Shown here one piece after another: positions 19,619-30,241 of a stretch of DNA of 64,000 nucleotides. This stretch comes from Christensenellaceae bacterium. Its GTDB lineage: Bacteria; Bacillota; Clostridia; Christensenellales; Borkfalkiaceae. The stretch lies in the NCBI GenBank assembly GCA_045654365.1, contig JAZONF010000009.1:45345-109344 (forward strand), given 5' to 3'. The notes beneath the pieces are model-generated. The model was not told the DNA's origin. It did not search any database and saw nothing but the letters and a program-made list of their open reading frames with translations. The number at the start of each line of letters is the position of its first letter. Positions within the stretch are counted from its first letter, which is position 1. The position numbers and the translations under genes are program-made.

Positions 19619-20692
19619 ATGAAATATACGGAAAAGGAATTATGTCTTATTTGGCTCGATAGTTTCATTGGGCTTGAATATAAGCATAAAGCGTATTTAT
19701 ATAATAACCTCGGTGAGGTTAAAGGCATTAGGTCCTTTATACAAAATAACGCCGAGTATATCAAAAGGGAAATAGGGGAAAACAACTATTCCACTCTCCT
19801 TAATTCTGCTAACGCTGAATATTTAGATTTTGTTTTAGGTGAGTTGAGAAAGAGTGAAGTTAGGGTGATTACTATTGATTCAGAAATTTATCCACCTTTG
19901 CTTTTACAAACGGATATTCCTCCTTTGGTGTTATATGCGAAAGGCAATATAGAACTACTCAATACGCAATGCTTTGCGATGGTTGGTAGTAGAAAAAGTT
20001 TACCCTTATCTATAAAATCAGCAGAAAAGTATGCCATTGCATTATCTGACGCGGGGTTAACCTTAGTTACGGGGATTGCTGAAGGCGTAGACAAAACTGT
20101 AATAGAATCAGCGTTAAATACGGGGAAAATTATTTCCGTTATTGCGGGTGGATTCAACCATATATATCCCGCAAGTCACACTTCTCTTTTTGAAGAAGTA
20201 TGTAAAAAAGGTCTTGCTATTTCCGAACATAGTTTAGACGTTGTTCCGCAACCTTATTTCTTTCCTGCAAGGAACAGAATAATTGCAGGGCTTTCAAAAG
20301 GTACGCTTGTCGTTAGCGGTGCAAAAAAGAGCGGTACTAAGTATACCGCTACCTTTACCGAAGAGTATGGTAGAGATTTGTTTGCTATTCCGTATAACGT
20401 AGGTGTGGCTTCGGGTGAGGGTTGTAACGAATTAATTAAAATGGGAGCACACCTTACCGATACGCCAGACGATATTTTGGACTTTTACGGTCTAACTAAG
20501 TTAGAAGAAGAGATTGTCTATACCGAAGAAGAACGTATCGTGCTTTCGGCACTTGATGGCGGAAGTTTACACGTGGAAAAAATTAGTGATATAACCGGCA
20601 AAAAACCGTTTGAATTAACCGCTATACTAAGTGCGCTTGAAATTAAGGGCGCAGTAGCAAAGGTTGGTGCAAACGTTTATTCTAAGATATAA
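19619..20692 (+). CDS. dprA: DNA-processing protein DprA
   Basis: Rossmann-like DprA core (MVGSRKSLPLS..., TGIAEGVDK..., ARNRIIAGLS) and a C-terminal winged-helix-like domain. Confidence 0.88.
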   Translation: MKYTEKELCLIWLDSFIGLEYKHKAYLYNNLGEVKGIRSFIQNNAEYIKREIGENNYSTLLNSANAEYLDFVLGELRKSEVRVITIDSEIYPPLLLQTDIPPLVLYAKGNIELLNTQCFAMVGSRKSLPLSIKSAEKYAIALSDAGLTLVTGIAEGVDKTVIESALNTGKIISVIAGGFNHIYPASHTSLFEEVCKKGLAISEHSLDVVPQPYFFPARNRIIAGLSKGTLVVSGAKKSGTKYTATFTEEYGRDLFAIPYNVGVASGEGCNELIKMGAHLTDTPDDILDFYGLTKLEEEIVYTEEERIVLSALDGGSLHVEKISDITGKKPFELTAILSALEIKGAVAKVGANVYSKI

Positions 20693-20709
20693 GAGACTTG
20701 GAGGATTAA

Positions 20710-22872
20710 ATGCAATTAATTATAGTAGAGTCGCCACATAAGGCAAAAACGATAGAAAAATTCTTAAAGGGCGACTATAAAGTTGATGCGTCTAAAGGAC
20801 ACGTGAGAGATTTACCCGTAAACCGTATGGGTATTAAAATAGATAATAATTTTGAACCTTTTTATGAGATTTCTCCCGATAAAAAAGAGGAAATTAAAAG
20901 GCTTAAAAATCTTGCAAAAAAAGCAGACACAGTTTATCTCGCAACTGACCCTGATAGAGAGGGGGAGGCTATTTCTTGGCACTTAGCAGAAGTTTTAGAA
21001 CTTAAAAAGAATAATATAAATAGAATTGTTTTTAACGAAATTTCCGAAAAGGCTGTTAAAAACGCTCTTGCTAATCCAAGAAATATCGATATGGCTTTAG
21101 TTGACGCTCAGCAAGCAAGAAGAGTTTTAGATAGATTAGTGGGTTATAGTGTTTCACCTGCGGCAAGTTCAAGGCTTAACGACAATCTTTCTGCTGGTAG
21201 AGTTCAGTCGGTAGTATTAAAAATGGTTGTGGATAGAGAACGTGAGATTATGGCGTTTAAACCGCAAGAATACTGGAACTTAAAGGCGGAAGTTATGCCA
21301 GAAAATAAAAGTTCGTTTAAGGTTCTTCTCATTGAAAAAAACGGAAAAAAATATAAGCCGTCTAACGAAGAAGAGGCGTTAAACGTTGAAAAAACACTTT
21401 TAACATCTCCATTTTACGTTGCTTCCGTAAAAAAATCAGTAGTTAAATCACACGCCCCAGCACCCTTTATTACAAGTACTTTGCAACAAGACGGCTCAAT
21501 AAAACTCGGCATTTCTGCACCTAAGGTTATGCAGATAGCGCAAAGACTTTATGAAGGTGTAGAAACACCTAACGGAAACGTGGCGTTAATTACCTATATG
21601 AGAACGGACTCGGTTAGAATCTCTGCCGATGCTCAAAGAGAGGCGCTTGATTTCATTAAGAAAAATTACGGCGAAGAATATGCGCCTACTAAGCCTAACG
21701 TGTATCGTTCTAAAAAAGATGCGCAGGACGCACACGAGGCTATTCGTCCTATCGACGTTAATAAAACTCCAGAAAGCGTTAAATCTATTTTAGATAAAGA
21801 CCAATATAGGCTTTATAAACTTATTTACGAAAGATTCTTAGCATCGCAAATGACTGAGGCAAAATACGATAGCGTTGTTGTTGACGTTAAGAGTGGTGAA
21901 TATTTATTTAGAACGAGTGGCAAGACTTTGCTTTTTAAGGGTTACACCGTAGTTTACGACGATACTAAGGCTGATGATGAGGACGAAAACAACGCTATGT
22001 TGCCACCTCTTACCGAGGGTGAGGGGCTTAAGTTATTAAAACTCTTAAAAGAACAAAAGTTTACCAAACCCCCAGTAAGATACACTCAAGCAACGTTAGT
22101 TAAAACAATGCAAGATAAGGGGATTGGGAGACCTTCTACTTACGCCACCATTATAGGTAAACTAACGGATAAAAAGAGAGAATATTTAAGAGAAGAGAAA
22201 AAACACTTAATCCCTAACGAGATAAGTTATTCCTTAATAGATTTCCTTGTTAAATATTTCCCTAATATTATGCAAATCGACTTTACCGCTAAAATGGAAG
22301 ATGATTTGGACGAAATAGGAGAGAACGGTAAAGATTGGCATAAACTTATTGCAGATTTTTACGAGCCGTTTGAAAAACAACTTAGAGATTCTAAAATGAC
22401 CGACGTTTTGTGTGATAAGTGTGGAGCACCAATGATTATTAATAGCGGTAAGTATGGCAATTACTATGCTTGTTCAAATTATCCCGCTTGTAAGAATATT
22501 AAATCGGTTAATGAAAAGGTTGCAATACCTACCGAAATGATTTGCCCTAAGTGTGGCGGAATGATGGTGGAAAGGCAGGGTAAATTTGGAAAATTCCTTG
22601 CGTGCTCTAACTATCCTAAGTGTAAGCATACCGTTAGTATGACGGAAAGCGTTGGTACTTGTCCTGATTGCGGTAGACCAACAAAGAAGATGACTAGTAG
22701 AATGGGTAAAATATTCTATGGTTGTTCGGGCTACCCAGAGTGTGGCTTTATGAGTTGGGATATGCCAACAGGGGAAAGGTGTTCAACTTGTGGAGCATTT
22801 ATCGTTAATGTAGACGGTAAAAATATCTGCTCTAATAAAAAGTGCAAGAGTTTGGAAAATGGAAAGAGTTAA
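20710..22872 (+). CDS. topA: DNA topoisomerase I
   Basis: TOPRIM N-terminus (LIIVESPHKAKTI, ATDPDREGEAISWH), active-site region ITYMRTDS, and four C-terminal CxxC...CxxC zinc ribbons. Confidence 0.95.
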   Translation: MQLIIVESPHKAKTIEKFLKGDYKVDASKGHVRDLPVNRMGIKIDNNFEPFYEISPDKKEEIKRLKNLAKKADTVYLATDPDREGEAISWHLAEVLELKKNNINRIVFNEISEKAVKNALANPRNIDMALVDAQQARRVLDRLVGYSVSPAASSRLNDNLSAGRVQSVVLKMVVDREREIMAFKPQEYWNLKAEVMPENKSSFKVLLIEKNGKKYKPSNEEEALNVEKTLLTSPFYVASVKKSVVKSHAPAPFITSTLQQDGSIKLGISAPKVMQIAQRLYEGVETPNGNVALITYMRTDSVRISADAQREALDFIKKNYGEEYAPTKPNVYRSKKDAQDAHEAIRPIDVNKTPESVKSILDKDQYRLYKLIYERFLASQMTEAKYDSVVVDVKSGEYLFRTSGKTLLFKGYTVVYDDTKADDEDENNAMLPPLTEGEGLKLLKLLKEQKFTKPPVRYTQATLVKTMQDKGIGRPSTYATIIGKLTDKKREYLREEKKHLIPNEISYSLIDFLVKYFPNIMQIDFTAKMEDDLDEIGENGKDWHKLIADFYEPFEKQLRDSKMTDVLCDKCGAPMIINSGKYGNYYACSNYPACKNIKSVNEKVAIPTEMICPKCGGMMVERQGKFGKFLACSNYPKCKHTVSMTESVGTCPDCGRPTKKMTSRMGKIFYGCSGYPECGFMSWDMPTGERCSTCGAFIVNVDGKNICSNKKCKSLENGKS

Positions 22873-24166
22873 GGTTATAGGTGCAGGGCTTGCTGGGTGC
22901 GAAACTGCATATTATCTTGCAAGAAAGGGAATAAAGGTTGACCTTTTTGATATCAAGCCAAAGAGGTTTACTCCCGCACACAAGTCGGAAAACTTTGGAG
23001 AATTAGTTTGTTCTAATTCCTTAAAGAATAATGACGTTTACGGCAATGCTGCGGGGCTTTTAAAAGAAGAACTTAGACTTATGGGTTCGCTAACTATGGA
23101 GGCGGCGGATAAAACTAAAGTTCCCGCTGGTGGTGCTTTAGCAGTAAATAGGGAAGAGTTTTCTAAATACATTACCGAAAAAATTAAAGCGCAGGAAAAT
23201 ATAACCGTCTATTCAAAAGAAGTTAGTGAAATTGATTTTGACGAATATACCGTCGTAGCAACTGGACCGCTAACGACGGATAAACTTTCAAAGTTTATTG
23301 CCGATAAAATTGGCGGAGGCTTGTATTTCTTTGACGCATCTGCACCGATAGTTGAGTTTTCTTCTATTGATATGAGCGAAGCGTTTTTTGGAGATAGATA
23401 CGGAAAAGGTGACGGTGACCATATAAACTGTCCTATGAATAAGGAACAGTACGAGGAGTTTATCTCGCTACTTGAAAGCGCAGAAAGAGTGGAACTTAAG
23501 AGTTTTGAAAAGTCTCAGGTGTTCGAGGGGTGCATGCCGATTGAGATTATGGCGTCAAGAGGTAAGGATACCTTAAGATTTGGACCTCTAAAACCCGTTG
23601 GGCTTGACGACCCGAGGACGGGTAGATGGGCTTACGCCACCTTGCAACTTAGAAAGGAAGACAAAGAGGGAACTATGTATAATTTAGTTGGTTTTCAAAC
23701 CAACCTAAAGTTTGGCGAACAAAAAAAGGTTTTCTCAGTTGTTCCCGCACTCAAAAATGCAGAATACGTTAGATACGGAGTTATGCATAGAAACACCTTT
23801 ATTAATTCCCCAAAGGTTTTAGATAAAGATTTTTCTATGAAACAGCATAAAAAAGTGTTTTTTGCTGGTCAAATAACGGGTGTCGAGGGCTACGTTGAAA
23901 GTGCAGGTAGCGGGCTTATTGCGGGAATTTATCTTGAAAAGTTGATTAAGGGTGAAAAGGCTGTGCCTTTGTCAGATAAAACCGTTTCGGGTGCGTTAAT
24001 AAAATACATAACGACGGAAAATGAAAATTTTCAACCTATGAACGCAAACTTCGGTATTTTACCCCCGCCCGACGTGATGACGAGGGATAAGGCGTTAAAA
24101 AAGAGATTGCAGGCGGAGAGAAGTTTAATTGAAATCCAAAAGTTTATTAAGGAGATGAATATATGA
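22859..24166 (+). CDS. trmFO: methylenetetrahydrofolate--tRNA-(uracil54-C5)-methyltransferase TrmFO
   Basis: GAGLAGCE FAD motif, VCSNSLK, GQITGVEGYVESAGSGL. Conserved position after topA. Confidence 0.92.
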   Translation: MERVKVIGAGLAGCETAYYLARKGIKVDLFDIKPKRFTPAHKSENFGELVCSNSLKNNDVYGNAAGLLKEELRLMGSLTMEAADKTKVPAGGALAVNREEFSKYITEKIKAQENITVYSKEVSEIDFDEYTVVATGPLTTDKLSKFIADKIGGGLYFFDASAPIVEFSSIDMSEAFFGDRYGKGDGDHINCPMNKEQYEEFISLLESAERVELKSFEKSQVFEGCMPIEIMASRGKDTLRFGPLKPVGLDDPRTGRWAYATLQLRKEDKEGTMYNLVGFQTNLKFGEQKKVFSVVPALKNAEYVRYGVMHRNTFINSPKVLDKDFSMKQHKKVFFAGQITGVEGYVESAGSGLIAGIYLEKLIKGEKAVPLSDKTVSGALIKYITTENENFQPMNANFGILPPPDVMTRDKALKKRLQAERSLIEIQKFIKEMNI

Positions 24167-24696
24167 CGGAATTTAAGGGAACGACGATATGTGCCGTTAA
24201 AAGAGATGGGAAAACGGCAATCGCAGGTGACGGACAAGTTACCATGTCACAGTCTATAATATTTAAAAACAACGCAGTAAAAGTTAGAAGAATTCACGGA
24301 GGTAAGGTGTTATTCGGTTTTGCTGGTGCAGTGTCGGACGCTTTTGCCCTTTCTGAAAGATTTGAGGAAATGTTAAATAAATATTCTGGAAATCTTATGC
24401 GCAGTGCCGTTGAACTTGCGGAACTTTGGAGAAGCGATAAAATGAGAAAACTTGAGGCAATGATGATTACCGCCGATAAGGATACTCTTTTAATCGTTTC
24501 AGGTACTGGTGAAGTTATTGAGCCTGAAGAGGGCGTATGTGCTATAGGTAGCGGTGGAAATTACGCCTTAGCAGCAGCAAGAGCGTTAATACAAGAAACA
24601 AACTATTCAGCAGAAGAGATTGCAAAAAAGGCATTGCATATAGCAAGTGAAATTTGCGTGTTTACAAACGACCATATTACTTGTGAGGTTTTATAA
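24163..24696 (+). CDS. hslV: ATP-dependent protease subunit HslV (ClpQ)
   Basis: N-terminal ...GTTICAVKRDG... (catalytic Thr) and GSGGNYALAAARAL. Confidence 0.92.
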   Translation: MTEFKGTTICAVKRDGKTAIAGDGQVTMSQSIIFKNNAVKVRRIHGGKVLFGFAGAVSDAFALSERFEEMLNKYSGNLMRSAVELAELWRSDKMRKLEAMMITADKDTLLIVSGTGEVIEPEEGVCAIGSGGNYALAAARALIQETNYSAEEIAKKALHIASEICVFTNDHITCEVL

Positions 24697-24706
24697 GGAG
24701 AGTAAA

Positions 24707-26014
24707 ATGAATTTATCACCTAAACAAATAGTCGCCCAATTAGACAAATATATAATTGGACAAAAGAGTGCAAAAAAGGCCGTTGCAATAGCACTTCGTA
24801 ACCGTTATAGGAGAAGTATGCTTACCTTAACGGAGATGGAGGAAATAACTCCTAAAAATATCATTATGAAAGGACCAACCGGTGTTGGTAAAACGGAAAT
24901 TGCAAGAAGGCTTGCTAAATTAGTGGGTGCGCCTTTTATTAAGGTGGAGGCAACAAAATATACTGAGGTTGGCTACGTTGGACGTGACGTTGAGTCAATG
25001 ATTAGAGATTTGGTAGAGTGCTCCGTTAGGTTAGTAAAAGAAGAGCGTTTTAAGAAGGTAACTGAAAAAGCAGGTGTTATAGTTGATAAAAAGCTTGCGT
25101 CTATTGTTGCTGGTGTTAGAAAGGCGGATAGAGGGGAAACACCAGAGCCCATTTTTGAGCAGAATATTTTGGAAGGCTTAAAAAAGGGCTATTACGATAA
25201 CGAACTTATAGAAGTTGAACTTGCTGACGTAGCTAAACCTATGGAGTTAATTCCCGGTGGTGCGGAAATTAGCATAGGCAATATATTTGGCGATTTAATG
25301 CCTAAAAAACGTAAAAAAAGAAAACTCCCCGTAAAAGAGGCGAGAAAACTTTTGCTTGAAGAAGAGGCGGATAAATTAATAGATAAAGACTCTGTTAATG
25401 AAGAGGCGATTAGAAGGGCAGAGCAAGAGGGTATAATCTTTATCGACGAAATTGATAAAATTGCCGCTAAAGGTGCTAACAGTAGCGGACAAGACGTTTC
25501 AAGAGAAGGTGTTCAAAGAGATATTCTTCCTATAGTTGAAGGCTCAACGGTTATGACTAAGTACGGGGCAATTAAAACGGATTATATTTTATTTATTGCG
25601 GCGGGGGCATTCCACGTTTCAAAGGTTAGCGATTTAATCCCAGAACTTCAAGGTAGATTTCCTATTTTAGTGGAACTCAACAGTTTATCAAAGCAAGACT
25701 TTATCGATATTTTAACCACACCGCAAAATGCAATAACTTTGCAATACGCAACTTTGCTTAAGGTTGATGGCGTAGAATTAAAGTTTACCGACGAGGCTAT
25801 TGAAGAGATTGCTACTCTTGCTGAAAGTATGAACGCAACGAGTGAAGATATTGGTGCAAGACGACTTCATACCGTTATGGAAAACCTTTTAGAGGACGTT
25901 AGTTTCGAGGCGGACGGAGAAAAAGCGAAAGAGGTTGTTATCGATAAAAAATACGTTGAGAATAAGTTCGGAAAAGACTTAACTAAAAAAGATTTCAAAA
26001 AATATATTCTTTAA
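24707..26014 (+). CDS. hslU: ATP-dependent protease ATPase subunit HslU (ClpY)
   Basis: MNLSPKQIVAQLDKYIIGQ..., Walker A GPTGVGKTEIARRLA, IIFIDEIDKI, SRQ/ sensor regions. ATG 24707 follows GGAGAG. The ORF-track extension from 24647 lies inside hslV. Confidence 0.93.
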   Translation: MNLSPKQIVAQLDKYIIGQKSAKKAVAIALRNRYRRSMLTLTEMEEITPKNIIMKGPTGVGKTEIARRLAKLVGAPFIKVEATKYTEVGYVGRDVESMIRDLVECSVRLVKEERFKKVTEKAGVIVDKKLASIVAGVRKADRGETPEPIFEQNILEGLKKGYYDNELIEVELADVAKPMELIPGGAEISIGNIFGDLMPKKRKKRKLPVKEARKLLLEEEADKLIDKDSVNEEAIRRAEQEGIIFIDEIDKIAAKGANSSGQDVSREGVQRDILPIVEGSTVMTKYGAIKTDYILFIAAGAFHVSKVSDLIPELQGRFPILVELNSLSKQDFIDILTTPQNAITLQYATLLKVDGVELKFTDEAIEEIATLAESMNATSEDIGARRLHTVMENLLEDVSFEADGEKAKEVVIDKKYVENKFGKDLTKKDFKKYIL

Positions 26015-26026
26015 GGAAAAACGGAT

Positions 26027-27280
26027 ATGATTAATATACCAAAAGGAACAAAAGACGTATTACCAAAGGATAGTTATAAGTGGCAGTATATTGAAAAGGT
26101 GGCAAGAGAAACTGCAAAGCAGTTTGCCGTTTCGGAAATTAGAACTCCAACTTTTGAACACACTGAGGTTTTTTTGAGGGGCGTTGGCGAAACGACAGAT
26201 ATTGTTAATAAAGAAATGTATACATTCTTGGATAAAGGCGATAGAAGTATTACCTTAAAACCCGAGGGTACTGCAGGGGTTGCAAGAGCGTTTGTAGAAA
26301 ACGGATTGTATTCAGGTGCTCTTCCTTGTAAACTTTTCTACATAACGCCATGTTTTAGATATGAACGTCCACAAGCGGGTAGACTTAGAGAGTTTCATCA
26401 ATTCGGAGTGGAAATTTTAGGTAGTTCTTCTCCCGTTACTGATGCCGAAACCATAATCTTAGCAAAAACCTTTTTAGATAATTTAGGGGCTAAAAACGTT
26501 ACGTTATACTTAAACAGTATAGGTTGTCCTGATTGTAGGAAAAAGTACGGAGAGGCGTTAAAACAGTATTTAAGCGATAATTTTGATAATCTATGCCCAC
26601 TTTGTAAAGATAGGTTTTCTAAAAATCCTATGAGGGTTTTAGACTGTAAAAATGAAGATTGTAAGGAGTTAACAAAAAATGCTCCAAGCATTTTAGATTA
26701 TATTTGCGAGGACTGTTCTAACCACTTCAATGCCGTTCAAAATTTACTACAAATATCTAACGTGGAGTTCAAGATTAACGCTAATATCGTTAGAGGGCTT
26801 GATTATTACACAAAGACGGTGTTTGAATTTGTTTCGGAAAATATCGGGGCACAAGGTACGGTTTGCGGTGGCGGAAGATACGACAGATTAGTATCGGAAT
26901 TTGGTGGACCAAACGTTCCCGGTATCGGTTTTGCAACGGGAATTGAAAGACTTTTATTGCTTTTAGAAAATACGGGAGTGGAAATTCCAAACGACAATAA
27001 AGTTAAAATCTACTTTGCACCTATGGGCGAAAAAGAGGCGGAAAAAGCGTTTGAACTTACCACTATGTTAAGAAAAGAGGGAATTATTTCTGAAACCGAC
27101 CATATGGGGAGAGGGATAAAGGCTCAATTCAAGTACGCAGATAAAATAGGTGCAGAATTTGTTGCAGTTATTGGTTCTGATGAACTTGAAAAGGGCGTTT
27201 TAACGGTAAAAAATATGAAAGACGGCGTTTCAGAAATTGTTAGTTTTTCTGACCTTACTTCATACATTAAGAAAAGATAA
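26027..27280 (+). CDS. hisS: histidine--tRNA ligase
   Basis: Class II aaRS motifs (FRYERPQAGRLREFHQ, GGGRYD, GFATGIERL). Only 12 nt from the hslU stop, so there is no leader. Confidence 0.93.
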   Translation: MINIPKGTKDVLPKDSYKWQYIEKVARETAKQFAVSEIRTPTFEHTEVFLRGVGETTDIVNKEMYTFLDKGDRSITLKPEGTAGVARAFVENGLYSGALPCKLFYITPCFRYERPQAGRLREFHQFGVEILGSSSPVTDAETIILAKTFLDNLGAKNVTLYLNSIGCPDCRKKYGEALKQYLSDNFDNLCPLCKDRFSKNPMRVLDCKNEDCKELTKNAPSILDYICEDCSNHFNAVQNLLQISNVEFKINANIVRGLDYYTKTVFEFVSENIGAQGTVCGGGRYDRLVSEFGGPNVPGIGFATGIERLLLLLENTGVEIPNDNKVKIYFAPMGEKEAEKAFELTTMLRKEGIISETDHMGRGIKAQFKYADKIGAEFVAVIGSDELEKGVLTVKNMKDGVSEIVSFSDLTSYIKKR

Positions 27281-27714
27281 TGAAAGAGGTTGCTAAAGTT
27301 GTAAAAACCGAGCAAGATTATAGCGTGGTTTACGTTGAAAAGAAGGATGAGTGTAGCAAATGTGGAATGTGCTTATTTCCTCAAAACGCTAAGGGCGTGG
27401 AGATAAATGCAGTTAATCACATAGATGCAAGAGTGGGGGACACCGTTATAATCGAACTTAGTGAAAAAGGTAAACTATTAGGCGTTTTTCTTGCTTTTGT
27501 AGTTCCATTACTTTTTATAGGTATATCCTTTTTAGTAAACGCTTTAACTTTTAGAAACGACATATTCACCTTAGTTTTGGTGCTTTGTCTGGTGGTAGTA
27601 TGGTATTTAATTCTTCCTTTAATTGATAAAAAGATAAAGGAAAAAAAGGATTATCGAGCCCAAATAATTTCATTGATAAATGATAAAAAAATTAATAACA
27701 TAGAAAATAATTAA
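27280..27714 (+). CDS. RseC/MucC-family (SoxR-reducing-system-type) small membrane protein
   Basis: N-terminal beta region with a CSKCGMC cysteine cluster, [10 protein letters not shown], then two TM helices. This layout matches RseC. Confidence 0.65.
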   Translation: MKEVAKVVKTEQDYSVVYVEKKDECSKCGMCLFPQNAKGVEINAVNHIDARVGDTVIIELSEKGKLLGVFLAFVVPLLFIGISFLVNALTFRNDIFTLVLVLCLVVVWYLILPLIDKKIKEKKDYRAQIISLINDKKINNIENN

Positions 27715-27728
27715 CAGGAGATAAAAAA

Positions 27729-28979
27729 ATGATTGATTATTCAGCAATTAAGAACACTGACCCAGAAGTTTACGCAAGTATTAAAAAAGAACTTGCAAGA
27801 CAAAGAAACAACATTGAACTTATTGCAAGTGAAAACTTTGTTTCAGAAGCAGTTTTAAACGCTGCAGGTAGCGTGCTTACCAACAAGTATGCTGAGGGAT
27901 ATCCCGGAAAGAGATATTACGGCGGTTGTCACTGTGTTGACGAAGTTGAAACTCTTGCAATAGAACGTGCAAAACAACTTTTTGGTTGTGACCACGCTAA
28001 CGTTCAACCCCACAGTGGTGCAAACGCAAACTTTGGTGTTTACTTTGCAGTACTTCAACCTGGTGATACCATTTTAGGTATGAGCCTTGCTCACGGTGGA
28101 CACTTAACTCACGGAAGTCCTGTAAGTGTTTCTGGTAAATATTTTAACAGTGTTGGTTATGGTGTTTCTCAAGAAACCGGGACTATCGACTATGATGAGT
28201 TGGAAAAAATTGCATTAGAGGTTAAACCTAAAATAATCGTTTCAGGCGCATCTGCATATCCCAGAGTTATAGATTTTAAGAGAATTAGAGAAATTTGTGA
28301 TAAAGTTGGCGCATATATGATGGTTGATATTGCGCATATTGCAGGTTTAGTTGCGGCAGGTTTACACCCCAGCCCCGTTCCATATGCAGACTTTGTTACT
28401 ACTACCACTCATAAGACTTTAAGAGGTCCAAGAGGCGGTATGATTATGTGCAAGGAACAATATGCTAAACTTATTGATAAGGCTATTTTCCCTGGTACAC
28501 AAGGCGGTCCTTTAATGCATATTATTGCTGCAAAAGCCGTTGCTTTCGGTGAAGCGTTGAAGCCTGAATTTAAGGAATATCAAAGAAGAGTAATGGCAAA
28601 CGCTAAGGCTATGAGTGAAAAATTCGTTGAACTTGGTATTAATCTCGTTTCGGGCGGAACTGACAATCACCTTATGCTTTTAGACCTTTCTGGTTTAGAC
28701 GTTACAGGTAAGGAACTTGAAAACATGCTTGACCAAGTTAACATTACTCTTAACAAGAACGCAGTTCCTTTCGACCAAAGAAGTCCTTTCATCACCAGTG
28801 GTGTTCGTATCGGTACGCCAAGCGTTACTTCAAGAGGTTTTAATGAAGAAGACTGCGCTAAGATTGCTGAACTTATCACTATGATTATTAGAGAAAAAGA
28901 AGGCGCTTTTGATAAGGTTAGAGAAGAAGTTGCTAAATTAATAGCAAAATATCCCCTTTATAGTGGAGAAGAATTATAA
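27729..28979 (+). CDS. glyA: serine hydroxymethyltransferase
   Basis: [24 protein letters not shown]-lysine motif [14 protein letters not shown]. Confidence 0.96.
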   Translation: MIDYSAIKNTDPEVYASIKKELARQRNNIELIASENFVSEAVLNAAGSVLTNKYAEGYPGKRYYGGCHCVDEVETLAIERAKQLFGCDHANVQPHSGANANFGVYFAVLQPGDTILGMSLAHGGHLTHGSPVSVSGKYFNSVGYGVSQETGTIDYDELEKIALEVKPKIIVSGASAYPRVIDFKRIREICDKVGAYMMVDIAHIAGLVAAGLHPSPVPYADFVTTTTHKTLRGPRGGMIMCKEQYAKLIDKAIFPGTQGGPLMHIIAAKAVAFGEALKPEFKEYQRRVMANAKAMSEKFVELGINLVSGGTDNHLMLLDLSGLDVTGKELENMLDQVNITLNKNAVPFDQRSPFITSGVRIGTPSVTSRGFNEEDCAKIAELITMIIREKEGAFDKVREEVAKLIAKYPLYSGEEL

Positions 28980-29004
28980 AAATTTGCGTTGGGAGGAAAT
29001 TTAA

Positions 29005-29691
29005 GTGGAAACCTTTGACAGAGTTAAACTCTTAATAGGAGAGGAAGGTTATAATAAACTTAAGTCCTCCCACGTTTGTATTTTCGGGGTTGGTGGTGTT
29101 GGTGGTTTTATTGCTGAGGCTCTCGTTCGCAGTGGCGTTGGTGAAATTACCATTTTTGATAACGACCAAGTTTCTTTGAGTAATTTAAATAGACAAATTA
29201 TTTCTACTAAAGAAGTTGTAGGAAAGTCTAAGATTGACGTCGCAAGGGAGAGGTTTTTATCAATAAACCCTAACCTTAAAATACACACTAACAACGTTTT
29301 TTATCTCCCCGAAAATGCAAACGAATACTCTTTTTCTAACTTCGATATTGTAATTGATGCAGTTGACACGGTTACTGCCAAAATTGAAATTATTAAAAGG
29401 GCAAAGGATCTTGGAGTTGAAGTTATATCTTGTATGGGTACGGGTGGAAAATTAAACCCTTTACTCTTAAGGGTTGCAGACATAAAAGATACAAAAGTTT
29501 GTCCTCTTGCAAGAGTTATGAGAAGAGAACTTAAAAAAAGAGGAATTGATAAACTTAAGGTAGTTTATTCTGAAGAAGAACCAAAGGGTGATTCTTCTAA
29601 AGAAAAGCAACCGCCGTCAATGATATTCGTTCCGGGTACAGCGGGATTAGTTATTGCAAGCGAAGTTATTAATTATTTAATTAAAAGGTAA
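29005..29691 (+). CDS. tcdA: tRNA threonylcarbamoyladenosine dehydratase (ThiF/E1-like)
   Basis: GVGGVGGFIAEALVRSGVGEITIFDNDQVSLSNLNRQ nucleotide-binding motif. GTG start after GGGAGG. Confidence 0.8.
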   Translation: METFDRVKLLIGEEGYNKLKSSHVCIFGVGGVGGFIAEALVRSGVGEITIFDNDQVSLSNLNRQIISTKEVVGKSKIDVARERFLSINPNLKIHTNNVFYLPENANEYSFSNFDIVIDAVDTVTAKIEIIKRAKDLGVEVISCMGTGGKLNPLLLRVADIKDTKVCPLARVMRRELKKRGIDKLKVVYSEEEPKGDSSKEKQPPSMIFVPGTAGLVIASEVINYLIKR

Positions 29692-29695
29692 AGTT

Positions 29696-30232
29696 ATGAA
29701 GTTTTTAATTGCATCAGATATTCACGGTTCTGCATATTATACGAAAAAAATTCTCTCCATTATGGAAGAGAAGAACGCCGATAATTTAGTTTTATTAGGT
29801 GATATTTATAATCACGGGCCAAGAAATCCTTTTCCTATTGAATATAATCCTGGAGAAGTTGCGACTTTATTAAATTCTATTAAAGATAAACTTATAGTTA
29901 TTAAGGGAAACTGCGATAGTGAAGTGGATAAAATGATTTCTGAATTTGATTTCTTTGAAAATTCCATTATCGTTAGTGGAGATAAAACGGTGTTCTTAAC
30001 ACACGGCCACATTTATAATAAAGACAGTTTGCCTAAAACTAAGTTTAATGCGGTTATTTACGGGCATTTTCATACAGGGTTTATAGAAGAGAAAGATGAA
30101 ACTGTAGTTGCAAACTCAGGTTCTGTTTCTCTGCCTAAAAATGGAACACCATCTTCATATATTATTTTGGAAGATGGCGTTTTAAGTTTGTTTGATATTG
30201 ATGGTAATTTAATTAAGGAAAAAGATTTGTAG
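29696..30232 (+). CDS. YfcE/MJ0936-family metallophosphoesterase
   Basis: DIHGS, GDIYNHGPRN, GNCDSEVD, THGH, GHFH calcineurin-like motifs. Confidence 0.8.
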   Translation: MKFLIASDIHGSAYYTKKILSIMEEKNADNLVLLGDIYNHGPRNPFPIEYNPGEVATLLNSIKDKLIVIKGNCDSEVDKMISEFDFFENSIIVSGDKTVFLTHGHIYNKDSLPKTKFNAVIYGHFHTGFIEEKDETVVANSGSVSLPKNGTPSSYIILEDGVLSLFDIDGNLIKEKDL

Positions 30233-30241
30233 GGAGATATT

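Noticed and set aside
26015-26026. An expected T-box leader upstream of hisS.
   Set aside because: Only 12 nt separate hslU and hisS, so there is no room for a leader. hisS is simply co-transcribed.
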